A stretch of DNA of 55,816 bases. Origin: Phoronis australis. Taxonomy: Eukaryota > Animalia > Phoronida. Positions 36,801-48,800 of the stretch are shown one piece after another; positions within the stretch are counted from its first letter, which is position 1; each line of letters starts with the position of its first letter. A program made the translations under genes and the position numbers. The stretch is from NCBI GenBank assembly GCA_002633005.1, contig NMRA01000731.1:120727-176542 (forward strand), in the 5' to 3' direction. Below the pieces are notes generated by a model. It made no database searches, had not been told where the DNA came from, and saw only the letters and a list, made by a program, of their open reading frames with translations.

Positions 36801-39800
36801 AAGACCACAAACTGGGATGGCTAATAAATTTCTTTTTGTAAAAATTTCGTTAGAAAACACGATTAAACAGTATCAAGCTTTCAAACAAAAAGTTTAGTCG
36901 TGTTTTCAACAAGGTTTTTGTTAATGAAGGGCTGCTACCAAATATACTGACTTTGTACAGCAAAAATGACAGGTAATGATTACTGTTGTGGCAAAATTCT
37001 ATTTGCACAATCGCCCAGCCACCTTACTAACTTTCTTGTTAATTACCCTTCTTGGTCATAAGGGAAGACTACTCTCCATGAATGCGACCTCCATCCAGTC
37101 ATTACGACAGGGAATTCCAGGTCATTTTGTGTATATACTTTTGGCCAGTACTGTACCAAAAGGTGCATTTATATGCAAATTTATTATGTGATGGTAACCC
37201 GCTGTAAAAGAACACGGCATTATGCAGTAGTTCACAAAGAAACAATGAAGCTGTTTACAGAGTAGCAAGCAATGATACTGAGAACAGTTGGAATGACAAA
37301 GTAGCAAACAGCCTGAAACAAAACTTCAACCACGGCCATTTACACATTACTTTTAGCCAGCAAGGCAATCTATTTTAAATAATTTTGAGTTTTCAAAAAT
37401 CTGCTCCAGAAATTGAAGACTTCCAGGAAGTGATGGGGGCTGATCAGGTGAGACCAGGGACTAATATCGCCACCTGGCTGTACCAGAAGTAACTTCGTCG
37501 TCCCAACGCGTGGCATAAGGGAACAGTTGACTTTGTAAAAAAACCTTTTACAGAAAACGAAATTAGACATGATGCACATTAAACGCAAGTTAAAAACTGC
37601 GTCCTCGTCTTCTAGAGGCCAATGGTATCTGGCTCCGTGTGACTAGTCGCCAGGATCCTACTTGAAAGTCTCATCCACTGATTGCCAGTGAACTGACTTA
37701 GATACACTGAAAGCATGCCCATGCCTTGAGGTACACACAAGGGGCGTGCCCATGCCTTGCAGTACACACAAGGGGTGTGTCCATGCCTTGAGGTACACAC
37801 AAGGGGCATGCCCATGCCTTGCAGCACACACAAGGGGAGTGTACATCCCTTGAGGTACACACAAGGGGCGTGCCCATGCCTTGAGGTACACACAAGGGGC
37901 GTGCCCATGCCTTGCGGTACACACAAGGGCTGTGCGCGTGCCTTGAGGTACACACAAGGGGCGTGCGCAATGTCACTGGTCAAACTCGTGCTGACGTATT
38001 CACCATGATGCGTAACAGGAGGGAAACATCAAGCAAACAACAATATCTGAAGGATATTTAGGCCTTGACACTGGTAAAAATGTCGCCAGGCAAAGAACTG
38101 AAAATGGTGGAAATGGTGTTTACGGGGTGCACAAGTTCTATTAAACAAAACAAAACACCTGGACAATCATAACAGTTGGACAATCGAGCACTCTCAAAAT
38201 ACATCATTATGTGCCAATATGTTACGCAGTTTCTGTCGACTCAAAATATGGTAAAAGTAGAAGAGAAAAACCCATATGCAAGAGATAATGACTATCAGGT
38301 TATACTACCACGCCGGCAGGGAGAACAACAAATTGACAACAGTAGAATGAATGTTCATGTCACTGACTACGTTAGAATATGAATAATGTAAAGTTACCTT
38401 TCGGAGTCATGAAGTTTATAGAGACCACAAGCTTTCAGTCTCATCGAGACCTTCATCAGGTGCAATGGCGGGTAACTGGAGCCTGTGTCTGTTATGTCAT
38501 CATTGCCTTGTGTCCTGCGATGTGACCTGTCGGATCGTCAGATATAAGTTCTGGTAGATGGTGGGAAGATTGTCCATCACTCAATAGAGACTAGGGCTAC
38601 GATCTTTCCGCCATCTACCACAACTTATTCCCCACGATCCAGCAGAGGTCATATCAAACACACGACACAAAACAATGATGACGTAACAGACACAGGCAAG
38701 GCTCCAGTTACCAGCCATTCATCCCTTCGAAGTTCCAGAGATAAGACCGAAAGATAATGGTTTCAATAAACTTCGTGACTCCGAAAAAAAAAACCTTACA
38801 TTATTCAAGTTGGAAATGTTTAGTGAGGTCATGCAAACATGTAGACATAAAGAGCGTTATTACAGCACAAGACAAAAAGGCAATCGGACAAAATACAATT
38901 TTTACTATCACGACCGCTAATTCTGTTAACGGCAGAAATTACTGGTAACAACCATTAGGGCGGTCAAATTCTAATCGCAAAATGAATTAGCCACCTATAC
39001 TAACATTTCTATTTCCCCTTCCTTCTCGCTCATGGGGGATGGCTACTCTGGAGTTAAATTCGACACCCGCCCAGCCGGCACAACGGGGAATTCTGGTTCA
39101 TTTTGTCAGGATACTTTTGGCTTGTACTGTATGTGAAGCAGAGTGTGTTACACGGCACAGTGCAATAAGTCAACACAGGGTGCTGAGCACAATACGTACA
39201 TCGTTTTGTTAACTGCAGCTGCATCTTGCGTTTCAACCTTTCGTGAGGGGTCAATTTAGGGCCACCCTGAAAGGAAACAGTTGTTCATTGTTATGAAATG
39301 AACACCACGGTCAATGATGCATGTTATAACAAAGCAGTGGACAATTCAAATGAATCTTCAGGAATTCTGATGATGACCTACGGATGACGTCACTTTTAAC
39401 TAACATTAGATCGCAAAAGCAAATCAAAAACTCCTTGCAATGATGATGATACGCCACCAAATTGAAACATTACATCTTGCATCGCAGTTTAGCATTTGCT
39501 TTCCTACGATGGGTTTTACAATGATAAAGAAACGTAACTGCAAAGGCTAACACCATGGCGCCACCTGTTGGAAGCTTTAGAACAGAAAGCTCCCAGGACA
39601 GCATTACATTAAAAGTCCTGTCACTTGTGTAATCCAGTCCTATACTGATGGCAGAAACTGATTGTAAAAGCGAGATTTAGATTTCTATAACTAACAGCTA
39701 TAAAATGAGAACTTTTGTACATTTTAAAATATCACTGAATTGAACTTTTTATAATCTCAAGTTCGTAAAGGTAAACAATTTTTGCAGATGTCTGCCCGCA

Positions 39801-42800
39801 CCGCGAAAAAAACTTTTCAAATGGGAAACAATAGTAACAAAACAGTATATGCAGTCCGCATAACTCCATTTTATAAACTCCTCCCTGAAGTATTAACCAC
39901 AGTCCATATGGCCTTTGCAGTTAGGTGTAATCGTTTATCTTATAGAACAGAACTACCACTAACGTTTTTCCAGCAGCTACAGATGCTGTATAGCTTCTTT
40001 AGTAAGGCAATTATCTGAGAGTGAAGGGCACTAGCTATTGCATTAAAACCAACTGCACAGGTTAACTTATACGGAAATTTAAAAAAAAATATTGACAGAA
40101 GAGGTTTCCTTGGGAGGTGGCAATTCCTTTTGTACATAACGCATTGACAACTTATTTATTGCTTACAAAAATTTAAAGCTCCTGTAAAAATTTAAGTTAC
40201 ATTGAGCACTGCTTCTGAGCTCTAAATATGGCAAACTTCAAAGCGCTAATTTAAAATGAGAAATAAGTGCTTTATCATGCCAACAATCAGACCTATGAGC
40301 TCTGTTCGGACCACAGTGTGGCCATAGAAAACAATTTTATGTTTAACTGTGTAATTTTATGTCTCGATTTTTTTAATAATCCCAAAATTAAACCAGAACA
40401 GTCATTGTGTGAAATGGGATGTTGCCAGGTAATAGTAATATTACTGAAACAGCGCTCAATATACCTTTAACTTTTGATTGAGACAACAGTAAAATTGGTG
40501 TCAACTGGTTCCGTACTTTCATTTAGAGGTGATTTCTAAATCCTATGGTAATTAGTGCAATGGGCCTCACTGTATGGTCTAAGCACTTCTGGTGCACTGC
40601 AGAAGGCACCAGGTCACTTGTCTATTTTTTAACTGAATTTGTCATTGTTCCAAACCAGGCTCAATTTGATGGTTCGACTCTGCATGTCACATTATGTGCC
40701 TGGCCTAGCCAGTTCGTCTCAAGTGCATAAATCACTTCTCATCCAAGTAACAAGTTGAGATCAGTTTTATACAGTTCAGTTGTCCAAATCAAGAGTTATT
40801 GTTGGCATAATGGGGTTCACAGAAGCTTCATAGGAAGTTTCAGGTGACAAACCTTTTGTGAAAAAGCTTTCTTAAGACAACGAAAACAAAAATTGCTTTC
40901 AAACCAAAATGGCAAAAAGTTTACAAAATGGCGTTAAATTTTCTACACGAATGCTAAATACGCCATCTCCATGGTTCAGTAAATGACAATTTCTCAAGTT
41001 CGGTGCAGTATACGCATGACTGTACAATTTTTGTTGAGGCCGGGCAGAAGCCTATGCACTATAAAATCAACAGAGGTTCTTACTGACTTTGGGCTCGCTG
41101 GAACTGGGTTTACCCACTGATGTGCGCAGATCTGCCCTGGAAAAGTAACAAACGAGGAAGTTAAGACAGAAACATTGTAACAGTAAAGATTCTCAAATTA
41201 AGAAACACACTACTGTGAAATTTAAGTACACATGAATATTTTTTGAAAATAAAAAATTAATTTTAGCACTTTGTTCCTTAGTCGAGATCAAATATAACCT
41301 AGTGAAGTTCTGTCCCAGAGCTTTGAAAAGTGAAAAAATAAAAGTTTGGCAACAATTTTGTGAAAAAACTCTACCATAATCACCATGGCAAGTAACATTT
41401 CTCAGTGACACTAACCACCACTCAAGGTATGAGGGACTACGCAGTCATGCAAACAATGCTGTGTACCTTGAGCACAGGGCCATGGTGCTCAAAAAGTAAT
41501 AGCCAAAAGTTGACTTTTTGTCTTTTGTCTTTTAGTCTGCTCTTGAGCTGGCTACGGATTTCTGTCTTTTGGCCGCAAGTTGTCAACAGATTTGCTGACT
41601 TAAACCTCAGCCTGTTGTCATGAAACTGGCTGACTGATTTGTAGACAAAAGGCAAAAAGTGATGCCAGGATTGCTGGAGCGAAGACGAAACTAAAGCATG
41701 AAACTACGAATCCAAACCATTGCAGTGACCAGTAGTCTCACCTTTTGTTGTTCGTGGACTTCTTCCGGGAATCATCGTCCGAATCCGAATTGCTTGCACT
41801 GGATGATAAACTGGGACGTCGATAGCGTTTGATGGGCGTCCTGGAAAAAAAACATGACTAGTGTATCGACACAGATGTCTTCAGTGATTTAAGAAGTGAA
41901 GAATACTGTAGCGCCAGTAAGTCAAAATTACACAAAAAATGAGTTGGTGCTAAAAGCACATGAGTAGATTGTAAACCCCTGACAAAGGTATGGATGCAAA
42001 CAGAGAGTTCATGTGTAGATTGTAAACCCCTGACAAAGGTATGGATGCAAACAGAGAGCACATGTGTAGATTGTAAACCCCTGACAAAGGTATGGATGCA
42101 GACAGAGAGTTCAGGAACATAAAGAGATATGGACTAAGAAGTCATCTAAAAGAAAAAATGTGAGGACGCATTTGAGGAATTGAAACTCAGGGGACTCCAA
42201 GAAGAAGGATCCATTTCATATTGTTCTACGAACATGTTAAATGGAACACGGATGTTTGGAAGAACAGACATAAAATCGACGACAGTGTCCGCACAGTGTA
42301 CCTGGCTGAATTGTGAGGACGTTCCCTACTTCTTGATCGACTACGAGAACGTGACCGAGACCGTGAACTCCTGGAACTTCGCCGACGTGACCGCGACCGT
42401 GACCTGGATTTTGACCTTGACCTAGAACGAGACCTTGACCTCGAGTCAGATCTTGAGCTGGATCGAGACCTTGACCGAGAGCGTGAACGTGACTTGGCTT
42501 TCCCCAACGATGGACGTGGGGGAGTAGGAGTGCGCTTTTTGACGGGAACAACAGGAACAGCCGCAACAGGTTTGTCACTGGTGTCTTCCGAGGCTGGCAC
42601 AGGAGGTGGGCTTTCTCGCAGCCTTTTCCTACAAAAATAAGATAAAAAATCACTGAAGTTCACTTCCCTCCACACCAGTCAACAACAACGACCTGCGATA
42701 CGGCCGCCAGCGACCTGAAAGTAGCTTTGCACAACTTGCCAGTTCTTACTGATGATTTCTTCTGTGTGAAACTATGACACTTCTCAGAATAACGCGTCAA

Positions 42801-45800
42801 CAACAGTTAATGTCTGCCTCCAGGAACTAATTTCCTTTGAAAAAAACAACATGAATCCAACTCTTGGCCATTTTAACAATATATTATGATGCGTTACTAG
42901 TTCTTGTTTTATAACCACTTCCTACAAGTGACGGCAGGAAATGAACATTTTATAGCAAATAATCTCAGTAACACCCGAGAGTCAGAGCCAACAAATGCGA
43001 GTAAGGCAGAATCTAACCAATCAGACAGGCCGAGTGCACGAACTAGGATAACCATGCAAACTTTGCCCGTTATTTCATCAGGGCTTGGAATGACCAATGA
43101 CAAAAAACGCGGAAACTTTGAAACTTTTACGGCCCAAATCATCGCCCGATTAACCAGCCTAGAACTGGTCAATGTGAACCTTTCCCCGACAAAAATCGGG
43201 ACTAAAAAAAAAAAAANAAAAAAAAAAAAAACGTTACCACCATCAGTAGCGTGCGTCTGCGTCCTTTTAGCTCGCCCGTCTACTCCCAACCCACACATTT
43301 TTGGCTGCAGAGCGGTAGTATTTGTCGCCGCGCTTAACAATAACATGAGCCACCATTGAAAATCACACCACGCTATCCCAGATGCCCCGGTAATGTTGAC
43401 AATTTACGTTCCTCCGAACATAAAGAGCAACTTCCGCTTTTCGAGGTGAACGTCGTCTGCAACGCCGTGGTAAGAAAGGAATTTGCCGCGGAAATTTTAT
43501 ATCAAATCCGATTTTTTTACGCGGAAATATTATAAAAAAGCGGAAAGCACATTTGAAAAAAGCGGAAATCCGCGTTTCCGCGGAAAATTCCAAGCCCTGT
43601 TTCATAAGCGAAAAGCTGAGAAATGCCAATGCGATGGATGCAGGTTTTACTGAATCAGGAAGCCACAAGCTACAAAGGATACCAAGTGATAACATACCAT
43701 GATTGAATTAAGGACTTGGTTTGTGTTTGCTGCTTCAGATGCTCTGAAATCACAGACTGTTTCTTAGCTGCATCTTCACCATCGCTGTCTGTGCCAAAGC
43801 TGGTGATGAACTCCTTGGCGTGCACGGGTGACGGAGACCGCGAGGAAGATGACCCTCGCGACCGCCTGCGGTACGGCTCGTACACGGGACTGGCTCTTGC
43901 AGCGTAACTGCAAAGAAAGAAAATTGTGCACAGTGGGTAACTCTCCAACAGAGGCAATTATTTTCACCAGTGGCTTGAGAAGTTGCATGATCTTCAGATT
44001 TCTAAACAGTCAATTTTAATCTTCTTTCTTTTAACAGCAGCACCAATATGTCAAAATATATGTATGATGCAAATTTAAGTCTCGTGACAGAAGTTAAACA
44101 CCAGGCATATTTAAAACACAAACTGTAAGTCAAGGTACGGCAAATTGAAATACTCCCTCCGAACTAAGAAATCCTTGGCTAGAGAAGCAGAGCTACCTAC
44201 CTGGGTGGACTCATCTGTCTCCCTCCCATCAGTTTCTCTTTAAATGCCCTGCGCTCCCTTCGGGACTTACGACCCTAGAAAATCACACCACAAAAATGTT
44301 CATTCGTGAAATTTCGATTTCCAAAACAAAGCCATCAGAAAACATCATCAAAGAGAATAACACAAATGCATCTATATGATCACTTGATGTCAAAGTGCAT
44401 CAAAGGTGAAAATGTTTACATAATATGATCTGTTATTTATCACGCAAACTATTTAAATTACACACAGGCATACAAACGTTGCAAGCACATACAGTAACGT
44501 TTAATTCGAACATGACGTTTTTAAATCTTTCTGAGAGTTAAACACAATGATATGATTTCACACAACTAATAACTTACAGAAAACTGAGCACGTTCTTCCT
44601 CAATTTGCCTCGCAATCTTCATTTCTTCTGCGTCTTCTTTGTCTTTCCTCAAAGATCTGCGAGAAATCAATAACGTTTACGGATGGCACCACGATCCTTA
44701 ATCCTCTACATTCGAACATCATCTATCAAACCAGATTCCAAGGACAAGACCGGAACAGTTGCAACATCACGCAAAGTACAAAGACGGTAACTTGTGCAGC
44801 ATTTCTACGCTCCTGATAATTTCACAAAGTACACTGTGTAAGAATCACATCAGGTAGTGCTGCACATCAAACTTCACAACATTTATTAGAGTTATTGAGT
44901 GCTTCTCCGGAAAATCAAATATGGCTAACTTCCAAGTGCTTCAAAATATAAACGTAGCCATTTATCAAGTCAAAAATAACATCTATGAGCTCCACTCTGA
45001 CCAAAGTATAACCACGGAAAACAGGACCGCGTGTTGTTACCAAGCCTCATTTCATGGCTCCATTTTTAATCAATTCATTCGACACTTAGTGAATGGGATG
45101 TCCCAACATAACAGTCGTACTATCAAAGCAGTGTTCAATAATGCTTTAAAATAAGTGGGAATAATTTGACAAAACTTACTCCACATATTCTCCCACTGCC
45201 ATTCCATACTGCACAGCAATGATATTCATTTGTTGCGCTTGCTCATTTGTCAGCTGGTCGACATCAATAGAAATGTCTGCAATAGAGCAATGACGGATTG
45301 CTAACCAAGTACCAGTCTAAAACAACCTCATATGTTAGCGCAAGGTTTAATGTCAACCAAAAAAGGGAAATTATCTATATATTTGCTGAAAGTAGAAAAC
45401 CTGAAGAATTTGATTTTTTGACTTTGCCATTGATTGGATCACATGACCATGTCTCTTTAATTAGTAAAATTTAGCAAAAAAGAAAGGTACAGTTATAACA
45501 AAACCACAGTAACAATAACATGGTCAAATTTTATTTGAAATAAATGCTCAAGAAATCTCAAAAATGTTAGTTTTCTCAACTGTCATGTTTTTTTTATGCA
45601 ACATTAGAATTTTTCATGAAATTCATGAAAGTCCTATTTTTGATAGCCCCTCATGCACAAACTGAAACATTGTAGAAATAACTTTTAACAGCATTTCAGA
45701 GATTAGTGCATAAAGCATAGTATTTGAAAGTAAAGTTCCATATCAATCTGTTCTGGTATTTCTGAGATACGACTTTACTAAGTTAGCTAAATTTTTGCAC

Positions 45801-48800
45801 TTTTTCTAGAACCTTTAATAAGCTTAATCACCCAATTACATGTAATGAGGCCACAGATTCACATTACAAATGTCTTTTAACAAAGAAAATTTATCTGAGT
45901 GTAGCCAGAATGACGACGCATTTCTTATCTGCTTACCAAAATCGATTTCTTCAATATCTGACGAGGACTCCTCGTCACTTTCATTTTTCTCTTGTTCTTC
46001 AGGAGGCGCCGGTTCAGGTACGCCTTCGTACTTGTAGGCTATTGCAACTTTTTTGTCGGCCAGTCTGAAGAAATAACATTCAATAATGCTGTTGGTTTGA
46101 GAAGTAAGAAGTTGATTCAGACAGAAACGAGAATACTACGATTTAAATAAGATGAAAGACTAAAGTAAGAAAAACAAACACTCTAGAGTAAAGTAATTTC
46201 ATTGGTGGGCCCGAGTTTGGTGAATAAGATGGCTACAATTCAAATTAAACTGAGCATTTCGTATTTTATACATGATCTTCGATCAGAGCACAAAAAAAAT
46301 CCCCTAGTCACATGCCCTTGCATTCTCCTTGGAAAATTTGATCCAGGTCAAACATCATGATGAATTTCAATGTGTAACATACAAAATGCTCAGGACGGGG
46401 GGGCCACTCCAAGAAAATTGACCTGGCTAAGACAAATCTTAAATTTGAGTTAAAACTTCAATTTGTCTTAAGTTCGTTCCAAGAATGTGATCTTAAGTTT
46501 GACTTAAGTTTTTGATTCAAGTTTTGTCTTGAGTTTGACTAACTTGCCAAATGTAGAAAGACAAACATTAAGTCAGTTTCTTGGAAAAGGCCCCAGGTCA
46601 ATTAACATCTTTCATAAAGCAAAATGAAGAGAATCCACAAAAGTAACAAAAAACATTCCATAAAAACAAAGCAGTCTTTCTATGTCAAAATATCTAATTT
46701 CAATCCTTACAGTAAGATGTCACCTTGTAAGAATTTCTATGATAGTCAACGGTATTTTGTTTCATGACATCATAGCATTACCTAAACGCAGACTGCAAGG
46801 TAGGAATGTGAACTTGTGTTTCGCTCAGAATTTTACCTAAGCACTACAACAGACAATTCAAAGTAAGGCTGTGCTGGCATTTAGACTGTCAGGAATTTGA
46901 AACTTGAAACCAAGACAAAACAAATTTGACAGATTTACAATGCCAAGAATGCAGCCTTTGATCTTCACAAAGAATCAAAGTCATTTGTTAACTCGTCTTA
47001 TCCGAGTACAAACAAAGCATGACTTGCCATTGAATACACATGTGTACTAGCACAATAGTTATACTTATGGGGAGTTTGAGACCATAAAACATGCAATCTC
47101 ACTTGAAACTGATATGGTTGTTAAATGTTAAAGTCCATTGCATCGTCTTACTTTTTCTTTTCATCCTCAGCCACCAATGCAGCGTTCTGCGACACGTCTC
47201 CAAACTGTTCGTCAATTTGTAGTTGATGTAGAAACTGCTCTTCAGGCACTGGCAACAGAGGTGGAAAAGTGATAACAAACATTTGCACTGCCAGCAAAGA
47301 AGGTCCAATCATTTATTTACACCGCAGCTCAGGGTCTAATCTTTGAACTAGAAATCGAACTCAAAATTATTTTTGATATTTTCTGTTTTTCTTTAGTACT
47401 AATTCAAGATTATTGTATATAACCTTTCTCGAGATTTTACTCGAAATGCAGATTTTGAACAAGTTTGTAAATTGAATCTAGGGGTCATCAATTGCAGACT
47501 TGGTCTAAACACTCCTCTTCATGAAGCACAGTACACTCTAGCCTAGAATTATAGATTCTTGTCTTGAATTCGTACCATTAAAAGTAGAACGGCAAATAAC
47601 AGAAATAAGTTCCAGTTCTATTTTAATCCCTGGTCCCAGACTAACATCTTCAAACTAATTATAGTACTTTTTTACTGTTATTAGCATGGACCATTTTGTT
47701 TCAAACAAAGGCGATTGTCGAATGTTTTGATTTAATTTTGTCCAGAGTCGTGAAGAAAGGAATAGAGCTAAGGGGTGTTAGTGTGGCTTCATTCATTTTT
47801 TTCCATTCACCGAAACAACGCTCAGTTAAACTTTACCATTTAAATACTCTGGGGTAATCTGAACTATGACTAAAGGAAAAGAGGATACTGACAATCTTAA
47901 AAAATACAGCGAAACAATGGAAGATTGTAGCAACGAAACCACTGTAAAACAAGTACAACTTTTGACTACACCGATGAATTCCAAGAACAGGTCACGAAAG
48001 TATAGCTTAAATAAACTCAGCTGATTACAATCGTTTTCCATCAAAATTAATGACACCTCCATTAACATTTTTAGCAGTATACAATTAACCACTTTCAGTT
48101 ATTTTTGACTAGTACTTAAATAAAAAGAGGAAAGTGCTCATGCAATCCACCTGTGAACCACGCTTTGTAACTACGTGGTGCTACATTTCCTTATTAAATG
48201 AATACGAACCTCCCGCTGACTCATTCTCAACCAGAATTCTGTACCGTTCATAATTACACTGCTGATCTTCATCCATTTCTTCTGCGGACATTCTGAAAAG
48301 AGAATGACACAGTGTATAATATAAGAGCACAGCCTAGGTGCAGAGACACAGCAGTAAACCACATCTTATGCAATTAAGCTTGACAGCCCGTGGACAACGA
48401 TTGGTCGGTTTTTGAACTCCAAGTACAGGTGAAGTAGTGAGTAACAGCAGTCACGGATAGAAGTCTCCTTTGCCTTGGAGGTAGGAAAATGTGTCGTTAC
48501 ATTGGCTTCATTTTAAAAATGTTGGGCTTATTCTAGGAACCATGTCGGACACTATTGCATCCCTGGACACTGCCTCAAGTTTATCCAACTTTTTCTCGTC
48601 TGAAACTTCGCTGGCACTGGAAGGTTGAATACAATTAATGCAGTTGAGAAAAGCTTAGAAAAAGCAAGGCACCAACACCTAATAGGAGAAATCAAGACTA
48701 CAGAACTGCTCGACGGATATTGCTACAGTGAGGGTAAATACAGTGAAATTTAAGTGTCGCTGTGTAACCTGGGATCGTCTTATTCTATCTGCAGTGATAA

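Noticed and set aside
37612-38008. Repetitive Cys/His-rich ORFs or a CRISPR-like array
   Set aside because: Head-to-tail 31-bp minisatellite without spacers, open in several frames, in a eukaryotic intron.
41437-41655. Possible extra CLASRP cassette exon (QFHDNRLRFKS...KDKRQK)
   Set aside because: Weak acceptor, no convincing phase-compatible donor and no similarity to CLASRP; the flanking exons already join in frame. RNA-seq could still reveal a poison exon.
42904-43695. ORFs of 110-151 aa
   Set aside because: They run through a hAT-like MITE and a poly-A tract with an N; no transposase motifs.
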